A stretch of 64,000 bases of DNA. It comes from a virus. Taxonomy: Duplodnaviria; Caudoviricetes. The first letter of the stretch is position 1; each line of letters opens with the position of its first letter. The notes below the pieces were generated by a model that had not been told where the DNA came from, did no database searches, and saw nothing but the letters and a program-made list of their open reading frames with translations. The DNA lies in IMG/VR virus record IMGVR_UViG_3300021960_000017. One strand, written 5' to 3'. Below are positions 28,196-38,201 of the stretch, one piece after another. The position numbers were made by a program, and so were the translations under genes.

Positions 28196-29137
28196 ATGAA
28201 GAAGCTAATAGTTGCTGCCGCTGCGGTAGCATGTTTAACAACACCTGCGATAGCAGAAGAAAAGGCTGCAAGTCCTATTGATAACATGAACATCAAGACA
28301 TTCGGCCAAGTTCGTGCATATGCACAGGTAGATTCACGTGACAATGTTGATGCAGAAGTAACTTCTGATACAACTAGATTTGGCTTTACAGCTAATGGTC
28401 AGGCAGGTGCAGTTGGTCTATTCGGTGAATTAAGTGCAAATGTTAATGCCAATGACGGCAACGCACTTACAACCCGCTTTGGTTATGTTGGTGCTTCACT
28501 ACCAAAACTTGGTAGCATTAGCCTAGGTAGACAGCATAGCGTACAAGACGGTTTCACTGATCAGGCAGACATCTTCATGAGTGCAGGCAACAACAGTATT
28601 CAGCAAATGGGCTTTTACCAAAACAATAGTGTAAAGTACACAAATGAATTTGGTGGTGTCAAAGTTGCAGCACTTGTTGCAATGGCTGATGGCGACGCTG
28701 CAAACAACGACATTGACCGTTACGAAGTAGGCGTTAGTGCTTATGGTTTTGGCGTTTCAATGGGCAAAGAAGAAGATACTGATACATCATACTATGGCAT
28801 TGGTTACGGCGCAACATACGGTAAGCTCACTGTTGGTGCAACTTACAGCATCAAAGACGTAAACGATGGTGGTGGTTTTGGCGATATTATCCTGTACAAC
28901 AGTGACAAGACTACTGCGGTTACCCGTGGTGCAGAAGTTGCTGTAGGTTTCGCTATGACAGACAAGATCACAATCAACGGTGGTTACAATGTTACAGACG
29001 CTGACGGTGACGAAGGTAATGCTATTGGTGAAGTAGTATACGGCCTTGGTTCAAACGCTGTAGCATTTGCTAGTGTTGAATACGATATTGATGCAAGCGA
29101 GTCAATCACTCGTGCAGGTCTCAATATTAAATTCTAA
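28196..29137 (+). CDS. Gram-negative porin
   Basis: Signal peptide, FGQVR...TTRFGF, TRFGYVG...LGSISLGRQ, terminal LNIKF; AAGGAG RBS. Confidence 0.85.
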   Translation: MKKLIVAAAAVACLTTPAIAEEKAASPIDNMNIKTFGQVRAYAQVDSRDNVDAEVTSDTTRFGFTANGQAGAVGLFGELSANVNANDGNALTTRFGYVGASLPKLGSISLGRQHSVQDGFTDQADIFMSAGNNSIQQMGFYQNNSVKYTNEFGGVKVAALVAMADGDAANNDIDRYEVGVSAYGFGVSMGKEEDTDTSYYGIGYGATYGKLTVGATYSIKDVNDGGGFGDIILYNSDKTTAVTRGAEVAVGFAMTDKITINGGYNVTDADGDEGNAIGEVVYGLGSNAVAFASVEYDIDASESITRAGLNIKF

Positions 29138-29161
29138 TAATAACATAAGATGTTATATAAT

Positions 29162-29196
29162 AGAGGGGAGAGTAAAATCTCCCCTCTTCTTTTTTT
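29162..29196 (+). terminator. intrinsic terminator
   Basis: AGAGGGGAGA-GTAAAA-TCTCCCCTCT plus T-run. Confidence 0.85.
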
Positions 29197-29238
29197 GCCT
29201 GCTATAAATATGATATCTACAGGTAGGTACACACATAC

Positions 29239-29472
29239 ATGAAAAAAATCTTTATCTTGATGATAGGGTTTTCTCTATCAGGCTGTGCCGTGCCAGGTGC
29301 AATTGAACTTGCTAGCACTGTAGGCAGCTGGGCTGCTGATGGGCTAGTGCAGGCTGAAACAGGAAAAAACATACCTGATAAATTAGTAAGTGATCTAGTA
29401 GGTAAAGATTGTACACTAAAAAATATTTTTAAGAAAAAGTTAGATATTTGTAAAGAAATCGAAGAGGAATAG
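29239..29472 (+). CDS. small lipoprotein
   Basis: Lipobox LSGC after a hydrophobic stretch. Confidence 0.65.
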   Translation: MKKIFILMIGFSLSGCAVPGAIELASTVGSWAADGLVQAETGKNIPDKLVSDLVGKDCTLKNIFKKKLDICKEIEEE

Positions 29473-29475
29473 CTA

Positions 29476-29676
29476 ATGGCTAAGAAGAATAAAAACGACA
29501 AAGTACTAATGATTCCAGAAGGCGAGACTCGCGCCAATGCAAGTTTTCATTTTGTATATCCTAAAACAATAGGTGAAATTAGAAAAGACAAGAAGTTGCG
29601 TATGCGTAAATACCATCCTGGTAAGCGTGAGCATGTTTGGTTTGTAGAAACCAGAATGCCAAACCATAGTAGATAA
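29476..29676 (+). CDS. rpmG: 50S ribosomal protein bL33-like
   Basis: KVLMIPEG...KLRMRKYHPGKREHVWFVE matches the L33 KLELKKYDP..RKHV.F.E pattern. Confidence 0.75.
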   Translation: MAKKNKNDKVLMIPEGETRANASFHFVYPKTIGEIRKDKKLRMRKYHPGKREHVWFVETRMPNHSR

Positions 29677-29709
29677 GCCTATAAATAAAACATACCAGGA
29701 GATATCAAA

Positions 29710-29874
29710 ATGGCAAAAGGTGCAAAATCTATTGGTTCTAGCAAAGGCGTAAAACTAACCCTAAACAGAACTGGTACAAAAAAGCGTACAAGTATTGGTC
29801 AGAGCAACAATACAAAACCCAAAAATAAACATGCACGGCAGGACTTCAAAGCATATCGAGGACAAGGCAAATAA
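29710..29874 (+). CDS. small basic protein ending YRGQGK (not in ORF track)
   Basis: 54 aa, AGGAG RBS, TAAATA promoter upstream. Confidence 0.65.
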   Translation: MAKGAKSIGSSKGVKLTLNRTGTKKRTSIGQSNNTKPKNKHARQDFKAYRGQGK

Positions 29875-29899
29875 ATACTCCTGAAGAGGAGTATCGATT

Positions 29900-30343
29900 A
29901 TGTATGAATATCGAGTAACAGTTTTGAAAGTAGTCGACGGTGACACCGTAGACGTGGATATTGATTTAGGTTTTGGTGTTTGGCTACGCAATGAGCGTGT
30001 TCGTATAATGGGCATAGACACTCCAGAATCTCGCACTAGTGATCCAGTAGAAAAGAAGTTTGGCCTTGCTGCAAAAAACAGATTAAAGCAACTTCTTGGT
30101 AAAGAAGCCATACTTAAAACACAGGTAGACAAAGATGGCGAGGATATGAAGGGCAAGTTTGGCCGTATACTTGGTGACTTTGAATGCTATGACGCAAAGA
30201 ATGACAGACATACCGTAGTAACTGAAATATTAATACAAGAAGGTCACTGTGTTCCTTACTTTGGCGGTAGCAAAGAAGACGTTCAAGAGCAGCATATGCG
30301 TAACAGAGAACGTCTAATTGCTGAAGGTATTGTTACACTATAA
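29900..30343 (+). CDS. thermonuclease (SNase-like)
   Basis: VVDGDTVDV, VRIMGIDTPE, GKFGRILG. Confidence 0.9.
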   Translation: MYEYRVTVLKVVDGDTVDVDIDLGFGVWLRNERVRIMGIDTPESRTSDPVEKKFGLAAKNRLKQLLGKEAILKTQVDKDGEDMKGKFGRILGDFECYDAKNDRHTVVTEILIQEGHCVPYFGGSKEDVQEQHMRNRERLIAEGIVTL

Positions 30344-30347
30344 ACGG

Positions 30348-30375
30348 TTGACAAGCGTAAAATAACTGCTATAAT
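30348..30375 (+). promoter_or_regulatory. sigma70-like promoter
   Basis: TTGACA-N16-TATAAT. Confidence 0.75.
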
Positions 30376-30390
30376 GATCATATATTAACT

Positions 30391-31140
30391 ATGACGGAGG
30401 TTCCTGTGGGACCAAGAGCAGGACTGTTAATTATAGGATTTATGGCAGGCGTTGTCTCCTACTACTATGGTGGTGATCCTAGAACTGAAATAAAGTTTGT
30501 TGATGTTGAGCGGGTAGTTGAAAAACTAGTGCCTGTTGAGCGTGTAGTTGTCAAAGAAGTAGTAGTTCCTACTGTGGTAGAAAAAGTAGTAGTTAAAGAA
30601 GTTCCTACTACTAAAACTGTTATACAAACAAAAACAGTCTATGTCCCCGACACCAAAGAAAAAAATAGCGTACATGAAGATGACCTTTATTGTATGGCAC
30701 TAAACATATATCGTGAAGCAGCAAACCAAAGCCTTGCTGGCATGGTTGCTGTTGGCAGGGTAGTAATGAATAGAGTCAATGATAGAAGGTTTCCTGGTAC
30801 TGTGTGTGAAGTTATATACGAAGGACCTGTAAAAGAAAGTTGGAAAACTAAACAGAATCCTAATCTTGCAGAAGAAGATCGTGTATATTATCCACGTAAA
30901 AATCTTTGTCAATTTAGTTGGTATTGCGACGGCAAAAGAGACGAAGTGATAAACACTGAAAACAATATAAAGTGGCAAACCGCTACAGATATTGCCTATG
31001 ACATTTTGGCATATGATAGATGGAAAGGATTGGTAGAAGGATCTACACATTATCATGCAAACTATGTAAAGCCTACTTGGCGTAAGAGCATGACACTTGT
31101 AGCACATATTGATGATCATATCTTCTACAGAGCTGACTAA
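30391..31140 (+). CDS. cell wall hydrolase, SleB/Hydrolase_2 family
   Basis: CMALNIYREA, AVGRVVMNRV...FPGTVCEV, CQFSWYCDG, GSTHYHANYV.P.W, HIFY. Confidence 0.9.
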   Translation: MTEVPVGPRAGLLIIGFMAGVVSYYYGGDPRTEIKFVDVERVVEKLVPVERVVVKEVVVPTVVEKVVVKEVPTTKTVIQTKTVYVPDTKEKNSVHEDDLYCMALNIYREAANQSLAGMVAVGRVVMNRVNDRRFPGTVCEVIYEGPVKESWKTKQNPNLAEEDRVYYPRKNLCQFSWYCDGKRDEVINTENNIKWQTATDIAYDILAYDRWKGLVEGSTHYHANYVKPTWRKSMTLVAHIDDHIFYRAD

Positions 31141-31898
31141 TGTTTAACACAGATGGTTTAGAAAAAGCACGACAAGATTTTAAACAGAATAGGTTCTGTG
31201 TTATTGACAACATTATACAAGAGCCCTGGATAGGCGAGTTATATAAATGCTTGCCTAATATGAACATGGGTTATTGGATGTGTGCTGGACACAAGCATCA
31301 AAAGATAAGCCAAGAGCAGGCAAAAACACTGGACATGGCTGGTTATAAAAGTTATCATAAAACAGCAGCACAACAAGATTTCGGGTACTGGCATCGTGCG
31401 AAATGGATATTAAAAGAAGAAGACCTAATAGAGAATGATTTTCCAAGAGTAATAGAATTTACTAGAGTTGTTTTAGGAGATTACTCACTGGGGAAACCAG
31501 AGACTACATTTTTGGATATTGCTGAGTATATCAGCGAATTTACCAATATGTTTACTGAACAACCCAGTTACAGTGCATATGATAATGAGAGTTGGCTAAA
31601 TGCACATCATGATCCAAGACGCTGGTTAGCATATATTTTCTATTTTAATCCTGGGTGGCAAGCCCATTGGGGCGGGCAACTATGCATAATGAATGATGAT
31701 GAAACTACAATTAAGCATAGCATTGAACCATTTGGTAACCGTTTGTTAATAATGGATGTAAGTGAAACAACTGGTCCAAGAATTAACAAGCACTTTATTA
31801 GCCCTGTAAGTTATATTGCTCCTTATCCAAGATATAGTTTGGCAGGTTGGTTTTACCCAAAGGACGCAAGTGGCGCAATGCCTGTAATGAGACACTAA
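31140..31898 (+). CDS. 2OG-Fe(II) oxygenase
   Basis: LNAHHD, YIFYFNPGWQAHWGGQL, PFGNRL, KHFISPV, RYSLAGW. Confidence 0.85.
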   Translation: MFNTDGLEKARQDFKQNRFCVIDNIIQEPWIGELYKCLPNMNMGYWMCAGHKHQKISQEQAKTLDMAGYKSYHKTAAQQDFGYWHRAKWILKEEDLIENDFPRVIEFTRVVLGDYSLGKPETTFLDIAEYISEFTNMFTEQPSYSAYDNESWLNAHHDPRRWLAYIFYFNPGWQAHWGGQLCIMNDDETTIKHSIEPFGNRLLIMDVSETTGPRINKHFISPVSYIAPYPRYSLAGWFYPKDASGAMPVMRH

Positions 31899-31905
31899 AT
31901 AACAT

Positions 31906-32088
31906 ATGGAAAACAAACACACACAAGAACAGGAAGGCCCAGTCCAAAGTCATGACCCAGATCAGAGAGTATGGGAATATGATGGAACTGGACAAAAGAT
32001 TTATAAAAAAAGTCAAGGCTATCCTCACAAAACTCTTTACACAGAAGAACACTATACCCAGGAACACCTCAACCGCAAAGGTGACTAA
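31906..32088 (+). CDS. hypothetical protein
   Basis: 60 aa after TAAATA. Confidence 0.5.
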   Translation: MENKHTQEQEGPVQSHDPDQRVWEYDGTGQKIYKKSQGYPHKTLYTEEHYTQEHLNRKGD

Positions 32089-32780
32089 TGCTGAAGCTAA
32101 CACTAGCAACCAGTCCACTACAGCCTGATAAACATTTACTGGCACAAGTTGCCTACATGTTAGACGAGGTTAATGCAGAGTATGAAGATTTTCTAGCATC
32201 CAATAATGACAAAGACGATTTAGATGAGTTGCTGGAAATACTTCAGGCTAATACCGATGTAGACAATCTGGACATTGAGTGGCATATAGGACCTACAGGG
32301 CATATGGCAGTTGATTGGTACATACAATCTGCACAAGTACATGGTGATGGTAGCATGGACATAGTTATTGATCCTGACAGCACAATTGGCTATTGGGGTC
32401 CAAAAACTTTTAAGAAAAGTGTGCTAAAAACCGTAGCACATGAAACAATACACTTAGCACAACGAGATAGAATGGGAGCGGACAAGTACAATAGTTTACC
32501 TAGTGGATATCAAAACGGTTTAAAACTGATGAAAAAAACAGGTAATAACCGTGATCTTATTAGAACTTATTTGAGAGATCCACATGAACTAATGGCACAT
32601 GGTCACGATTTAGCAGAGGAAATTAAAGCAAGTAGCAATCCAGAGCAAGCATTGCGTAATCCAGAACGTTTCCGTGATGAGTTACCAGCATATGATAAGC
32701 ATAGGGCTATATTTCCGCCCAATGCAAAACAACTAAAAAGATTATTAAATTATACTGCAAAATACATTCTAAATGGTTGA
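32088..32780 (+). CDS. putative zinc metallopeptidase-like protein
   Basis: AHETIHLAQ (HExxH) plus downstream PHELMAH. Confidence 0.5.
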   Translation: MLKLTLATSPLQPDKHLLAQVAYMLDEVNAEYEDFLASNNDKDDLDELLEILQANTDVDNLDIEWHIGPTGHMAVDWYIQSAQVHGDGSMDIVIDPDSTIGYWGPKTFKKSVLKTVAHETIHLAQRDRMGADKYNSLPSGYQNGLKLMKKTGNNRDLIRTYLRDPHELMAHGHDLAEEIKASSNPEQALRNPERFRDELPAYDKHRAIFPPNAKQLKRLLNYTAKYILNG

Positions 32781-32805
32781 CTAAAAGTATACTTGCCTAT
32801 ATAAT
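32777..32805 (+). promoter_or_regulatory. sigma70-like promoter
   Basis: TTGACT-N17-TATAAT. Confidence 0.65.
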
Positions 32806-32833
32806 GATTAAAGTTAGAAATTGGGAGACAGTT

Positions 32834-33301
32834 ATGTCTGTTAAGAAGTTATTGATAGTTTGTGTTGCAGCAGTATCACTATCAGCATGTTTAAACAACA
32901 GTGGCCCTAAGGGACAAATGGGCGGATTGTTGGGCGCAGGCGGCGGTGCTTTACTTGGATCACAAGTTAAGGGTAAGGCCCAGATTCCAGCCATTGTTGC
33001 AGGTACTATCCTAGGCGGCGTTCTTGGCAATAGTATCGGTAACAGCCTGGACAAGGTTGACCAAATGACCATGGCAAAGACTACCCAGCGTACTCTTGAA
33101 GTGGTTAGGGATGGCGAAACAAATACTTGGCGCAATCCTAACACTGGCAATAGCGGAACTGTAGTGCCTACACGCACATATCAATCCAACAACACTTATT
33201 GTCGTGAATTCCAGCAGACTGTCGTAGTTGGTGGTCAACAGCAGAGTGCATATGGTACAGCCTGCAGACAGCCTGACGGTACCTGGAAAATCCAAGGCTA
33301 A
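32834..33301 (+). CDS. 17 kDa surface antigen-type glycine-zipper lipoprotein
   Basis: Lipobox LSAC, GGLLGAGGGALLG zipper, WRNPNTGNSG, CREFQQTVVVGG....YGTACRQPDGTW; ATG at 32834. Confidence 0.85.
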   Translation: MSVKKLLIVCVAAVSLSACLNNSGPKGQMGGLLGAGGGALLGSQVKGKAQIPAIVAGTILGGVLGNSIGNSLDKVDQMTMAKTTQRTLEVVRDGETNTWRNPNTGNSGTVVPTRTYQSNNTYCREFQQTVVVGGQQQSAYGTACRQPDGTWKIQG

Positions 33302-33307
33302 TAATAA

Positions 33308-33382
33308 TCCAGGATAGCTCAACGGCAGAGCCATCGGCTGTTAACCGATAGGTTGTAGGTTCGAATCCTACTCCTGGAGCCA
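33308..33382 (+). tRNA. tRNA-Asn(GTT)
   Basis: Full cloverleaf, anticodon loop CTGTTAA, GGTTCGAATCC, encoded CCA. Confidence 0.97.
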
Positions 33383-33387
33383 ATATA

Positions 33388-33470
33388 AAGGTAAGGTTCT
33401 GTGACTTTTGACTTTAGTGTCGATGTGCGGAATCATAGTGTAAGCGAGACGGCGGGGGCTGTACACTAGC
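33388..33470 (+). ncRNA. candidate structured element (two hairpins; loop GAGACGGCGGGG)
   Basis: TAGTGTA/TACACTA outer stem plus AGC/GCT inner stem; similar element at 58.2 kb. Confidence 0.4.
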
Positions 33471-33483
33471 ATGAGGAGATAAA

Positions 33484-34455
33484 ATGCGTATACTAGTTAC
33501 AGGTGGCATGGGTTTAATTGGCCACAATGTTGTTAAAAAATTATTAGACAGAGGTCACAAAGTATTAATTGTTGACACGATGACAAACTATGGATTCATT
33601 CCCAAAGACGAAATGAATCATCTGTTTGCAGAGCGTAGCAAAAAGATTGTAGAACAAGTCCCGCTTATCATGCTGGATATTGTGGACGATGGATTAGGCG
33701 TTCATTTCAACAGTTTTAAACCAGAACTAGTAATGCATTTGGCCAGTTTCCCAAGGCAAAAAGTTGTTAATGCTAACCCACAACTGGGTGCAAAAACAAT
33801 GTGCGAAGGACTACTTAATTTACTTGAACTCAGCGTTGCACACGGCGTAGAAAAGTTCATGTATGTAAGTTCAAGTATGGTGTATGGTGACTTTAACCAT
33901 AGTATTTCAGAAGATGAACCCTGCAATCCACAGGGACAGTATGGCATTATGAAGTACATGGGCGAAAAACTTGTAAAGGATTATGAGCGTAAAGGACACT
34001 TTAAGACACTGGTTATTCGCCCAAGTGCTGTATATGGTCCACTGGATGTTGAGGACCGTGTGATCAGCAAGTTTATACTTACAGCAATGCGTGGTGGTAC
34101 TCTTAATGTAAATGGAGAACATGAGCGTTTAGACTTTACCTATGTTGACGACACTGCTGAAGGTATGGTACAAGCAGTTACATCAGACATAACCTGGGGC
34201 AATACCTATAACATTACCAAGGGAGCAGACCATACTCTACTTGACGCTGCTAAACTTGCTATTAAAATTGTTGGCAAGGGCGATATTAGGGTGCGTCAAA
34301 AGGATGCAGACTTCCCAAGCCGTGCAGGACTTGACATTAGCAGGGCAGTAGCCGACTTTGGTTATGATCCTAAAGTCAACATAGAGACCGGATTCCAACA
34401 CTATTATGAATGGTTCTCAGAAGATGAATACTGGCAGGAAAGGTTGAAGCAATGA
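33484..34455 (+). CDS. NAD-dependent epimerase/dehydratase
   Basis: LVTGGMGLIG, SSSMVYG, YGIMK (YxxxK), RPSAVYGP. Confidence 0.92.
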   Translation: MRILVTGGMGLIGHNVVKKLLDRGHKVLIVDTMTNYGFIPKDEMNHLFAERSKKIVEQVPLIMLDIVDDGLGVHFNSFKPELVMHLASFPRQKVVNANPQLGAKTMCEGLLNLLELSVAHGVEKFMYVSSSMVYGDFNHSISEDEPCNPQGQYGIMKYMGEKLVKDYERKGHFKTLVIRPSAVYGPLDVEDRVISKFILTAMRGGTLNVNGEHERLDFTYVDDTAEGMVQAVTSDITWGNTYNITKGADHTLLDAAKLAIKIVGKGDIRVRQKDADFPSRAGLDISRAVADFGYDPKVNIETGFQHYYEWFSEDEYWQERLKQ

Positions 34456-34724
34456 TTACACCCGTTGACATTCAAGCAGGTAACAGTTACAGTTGCACAT
34501 TTACAGTAAATATTCCGCTGGATCGTTTTGGGCGTCCAGGCGGAATGTACAGCGCGGCAGACCTTCCTATACAACGATATGGTGACTATACAAGCACAGG
34601 CGATATTGTTGCTCGTGATTTAAATACCAAATTATTTGAAGTTCGTGATCATAAGTCAAAAAGTACATTTGTTGTAAAGTTTAATGATACGCAAGACATA
34701 AAAGAGAATGTTGGGCAGGCGTGA
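34452..34724 (+). CDS. hypothetical protein
   Basis: ATGA-coupled ORF. Confidence 0.55.
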   Translation: MITPVDIQAGNSYSCTFTVNIPLDRFGRPGGMYSAADLPIQRYGDYTSTGDIVARDLNTKLFEVRDHKSKSTFVVKFNDTQDIKENVGQA

Positions 34725-35133
34725 CCATAGGATAATGGAGTTTGTTCGTAGGCAGGCCATTGATAACAATGGTATGTCACGGGCTAAACTGGCAGCAGCA
34801 GTTGTTGTCAAAGGTAAAATTATCAGCATAGGCATAAACCAGAAAAAGAGTCATCCCTTTCAGCGTCAGTTTGCAAAGAACAAGGAAGCAATTTTTCTAC
34901 ATGCTGAAATAATGGCTATCAAGAATAGTCTTAATCATTTAACTCCAGCAGAGTTACGACAGGCTACCCTGTACATCTACCGTGTAAAGCGTCCCACAGA
35001 TAAAAGCAAGCACTGGGTAAATGGTATTGCCAAACCCTGCAAAGGATGCATGGGTGCTATTGCAGAGTTTGATTTTAAGCGAGTAGTATACACTACAGAT
35101 AATTTGCACGAGTTTGCAGTTATCGATAACTAA
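34708..35133 (+). CDS. cytidine/dCMP deaminase-like zinc protein
   Basis: LHAEIMAI and KPCKGC motifs. Confidence 0.8.
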   Translation: MLGRRDHRIMEFVRRQAIDNNGMSRAKLAAAVVVKGKIISIGINQKKSHPFQRQFAKNKEAIFLHAEIMAIKNSLNHLTPAELRQATLYIYRVKRPTDKSKHWVNGIAKPCKGCMGAIAEFDFKRVVYTTDNLHEFAVIDN

Positions 35134-35141
35134 ATACTAGT

Positions 35142-35435
35142 ATGGACACTAGTGAACTAATTAAAAAACTTTTAGGTATTATCGACGAGTTTCAGCAGGT
35201 AAATCAGCCTGCAGACCCCAATCATTTCCGTCAGATAGAGGAATTAACTGACGATGATCGCAGTCCCTATCAGCCTGCAAATGCTCCTAATGAGCAATAC
35301 GCTGGTATTGAAAGCGTAACAACTCATGCAGGTGGAGGCGTAAATGGACCCAAACACGCCGCAGATTTGCGTACAGACAGTCCAAGTCTATACCATTATC
35401 TAACACAAGTGGAGCATGATCGTGGCCAACATTAA
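35142..35435 (+). CDS. hypothetical late protein
   Basis: After TAAATA; GGGVNGPKHAADLR. Confidence 0.55.
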   Translation: MDTSELIKKLLGIIDEFQQVNQPADPNHFRQIEELTDDDRSPYQPANAPNEQYAGIESVTTHAGGGVNGPKHAADLRTDSPSLYHYLTQVEHDRGQH

Positions 35436-36627
35436 CATAACATACAAAGGCCTAACAGGTATTAGAAGTGCCCTGACTATTGACGATGGACAAACAATGG
35501 CACAACTTCGTACTGCTATTATTGCTGACGAAGTATTGAGTAGTGCCTATTATGGTCGTGTAAGTTTGCACAAAAATGGATTTGTAATTGATAGCACAGA
35601 TAACGCTGCCACCACACTTGCTAGTGCCGGAATGGTAAGCGGCGATATGGCAATAGTATCTACTGCTAAACAAACAACCAAAGAGGCACAACAGGTTATG
35701 AGTTTGGCTATCGCTCAACTAAAGCGTAGAGGCGGCAACGCTGCAGATGATACAGCACCCTATTTTAGAACTTACAATACCTACGACATTAATGCTCTAA
35801 GTCTAAAGTATGCTGGTAATGTTCCTGGTAACAACGCAGAAACTTATGATCCACTACAGCCTAGACGTCCCTGGCTAACTGGTGGTGCTGGTGCAGCACC
35901 TGAAACAGTTGAAGAAGCAGTTCCACAGGCTACACTAGATAGACTACAAACTAACTACGATGCTAGTACAAACACTTATATAAAACCACCCAGTCTTTCA
36001 AGTGGCGGTACTATTACACAGTGGACGGACCAATCTGTGTTTGCACACAACCTTAACAGCGGTGGCAGTGCTAGACCAACATGGCATAGTAATGTAAAGA
36101 ATAGCAAAGGTGTACTTCGTTTCGATGGTACAAATGACTGCCTAAATATTAATCCAGTAGCATGGTTGAACAGCGTACCACAAGCAACATTCTTTATTGT
36201 ATGTAAGCCCACTGCAACAACAGGTGACAGTGTAATGGGCAGTGATCAGGGTGACCTCCGTGTGTATAGTGACACCGGTGCGTGGAAAGTTGGCATGGCT
36301 GGTGCTACAGCAGGCCAAGCAAGTGGCACAGATGCTAATATAAGTGCTGGCAGTTGGTATTATCTTACTGTTGTTTATGATGGTACAGCAGGCACAAACG
36401 CTGACAGATTAAAATTTAAAGTAAATGGTACAGCAATTACATTAAGTTACACTGGTACAGTTGGTGCAACAACTAGTGCCACTAACACAGAATTTGCTGT
36501 TGGTTGTTATAATAGCACAGAGTTCTTTGCAGGTGACATCAGTGAGGTGCTAGTTTTTGATACCCTTCTAATTACTCCTGAAATTAATGCTATTGAGAGT
36601 TACTTGGCTGCTAGATGGGCTATATAA
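35422..36627 (+). CDS. virion protein with LamG/concanavalin-like domain
   Basis: GTG start with GGAG RBS; WTDQS...LRFDGTND...WYYLTVVYDG...FAGDISEVLVF. Confidence 0.7.
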   Translation: MANINITYKGLTGIRSALTIDDGQTMAQLRTAIIADEVLSSAYYGRVSLHKNGFVIDSTDNAATTLASAGMVSGDMAIVSTAKQTTKEAQQVMSLAIAQLKRRGGNAADDTAPYFRTYNTYDINALSLKYAGNVPGNNAETYDPLQPRRPWLTGGAGAAPETVEEAVPQATLDRLQTNYDASTNTYIKPPSLSSGGTITQWTDQSVFAHNLNSGGSARPTWHSNVKNSKGVLRFDGTNDCLNINPVAWLNSVPQATFFIVCKPTATTGDSVMGSDQGDLRVYSDTGAWKVGMAGATAGQASGTDANISAGSWYYLTVVYDGTAGTNADRLKFKVNGTAITLSYTGTVGATTSATNTEFAVGCYNSTEFFAGDISEVLVFDTLLITPEINAIESYLAARWAI

Positions 36628-36630
36628 TCC

Positions 36631-38199
36631 ATGGCAGTAAACTCTAGAAATAACACTACCCCTTATGCACATCCACAGGAAACAAACCTTCTCAATGTGC
36701 ATAAAGCCATGCAGTATAATGGTCAGGGCCAGCCTGTACTGAGAACAGGAAGTTTTGGACCAGAAGAAAGAAGTGCATTTGGTGAACCATATGCAATCCC
36801 CCTCACTCCTATATTACAGTTAGATGCACTATACGGATTGCCCAGCACAGAGTTTCAAACCTTTAGTGCAAGCAGTGGTACAGCAACCACAGAACGAGAC
36901 ATGTTCAAAGTCAGCACTGGCACCAGTGTTGGTGGCTATGGAGTTATTCGCAGTAGACGACTAGCACGATACAGACCTGGACAAGGCATGATGGCTAGAT
37001 TTACTGCTAGTTTTACAACGCCGGTTGCTGGAACTACACAACGAGCAGGATTCTTTGCACAGGAACAAGCACTTCAGATTGGTTTTGACGGAACACGATT
37101 TGGCATACTTAGACAAAATGATGGCAAAGCAGAACTGCGTGTGCTTACACTGTCAGCAGGTGCAAGTGGTGCTGGCGAAACAGCAACCATAACTGTAAAC
37201 GGTACAAGTTACACAGTGGCTCTAACAAACAGTAGTATAGAACAAAATGCCGCAGAAATCGCTGCCGCAGGTGCTACAGGTTATGTACTGGATCAAGAAG
37301 CCGGCAGTGTATACTTTTTTGCCGCAAGCAACGGTCCACAGACGGGCACATTTAGTTTTAGTAGCACAGGCAACGCCGCCGGCACATTCAGTCAACAACA
37401 AGCAGGCGTGGCAGATACCAACAACTGGATATATCAAGAAGATTTTAACATTGATAAACTGGATGGCACTGGATCTAGTGGCGTCAATATAGACTTTACT
37501 AAACTTAACATTTACCAAATCAGTTTCCGCTGGTTAGGAGCAGGCGAGATGCGATTTAGCATTGAAAATCCCGACACCGGCGATATGATGTTTTTCCATC
37601 ACATACACTACAGCAATCGCAACACTGATGTTAGTTTAGACAACCCTAGCTTTAGATTGGGATATATTGCGGCTAACCTATCAGCCAGTACTATTCCAGA
37701 TCTTGTGGTGCGTGGTGGCAGTATGGCAGCATTTAACGAAGGTGTAGTAAAAGATGTAGCATACTCTAGTTCAATCTCATCCAGTAAAAGTTCACTGGGC
37801 AGTAATACCTGGCATCACATATTGACCATTAGAAATCCATTGGTATTCAAAAACAAAGTTAATCTAAGAAATGTGATCCTTGAAAGAATAAGCATGGCGT
37901 TTCAGGGCAATGATCCACTCGAAGTAGCACTAATATTGGATGGCACACCCAGTACAACTTTATTCTATAATGGCGTAGACCTAACTGATACTATAAGCAG
38001 TTACTACAGTACCACTGACGCAACATTTACAAACCCTATTACAAGATTTAGAAGTATTGTTAACATCAACGGTAGCATTAATCTAGATATTAAAATATTG
38101 AGCATGGTTATACCTCCGCAGTGCGGAATAAGTCTAGCAGTTAGAAGTACCCAGACTATTAGTAAAGTAACGGCTGCACTAGTCTGGAACGAAATCTAA
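36631..38199 (+). CDS. putative virion structural protein
   Basis: 522 aa beta-rich; RYRPGQG, WLGAG motifs. Confidence 0.55.
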   Translation: MAVNSRNNTTPYAHPQETNLLNVHKAMQYNGQGQPVLRTGSFGPEERSAFGEPYAIPLTPILQLDALYGLPSTEFQTFSASSGTATTERDMFKVSTGTSVGGYGVIRSRRLARYRPGQGMMARFTASFTTPVAGTTQRAGFFAQEQALQIGFDGTRFGILRQNDGKAELRVLTLSAGASGAGETATITVNGTSYTVALTNSSIEQNAAEIAAAGATGYVLDQEAGSVYFFAASNGPQTGTFSFSSTGNAAGTFSQQQAGVADTNNWIYQEDFNIDKLDGTGSSGVNIDFTKLNIYQISFRWLGAGEMRFSIENPDTGDMMFFHHIHYSNRNTDVSLDNPSFRLGYIAANLSASTIPDLVVRGGSMAAFNEGVVKDVAYSSSISSSKSSLGSNTWHHILTIRNPLVFKNKVNLRNVILERISMAFQGNDPLEVALILDGTPSTTLFYNGVDLTDTISSYYSTTDATFTNPITRFRSIVNINGSINLDIKILSMVIPPQCGISLAVRSTQTISKVTAALVWNEI

Positions 38200-38201
38200 A
38201 C

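Noticed and set aside
33168-33383. Minus-strand 71-aa ORF (MAPGVGFEPTTYRLTA...)
   Set aside because: Antisense translation of tRNA-Asn; a typical tRNA shadow ORF
33383-33470. HDV-like (theta) ribozyme after tRNA-Asn
   Set aside because: Could not build the nested P1/P1.1/P2/P3 double pseudoknot, and the tRNA already encodes CCA; kept only as an unassigned structured element
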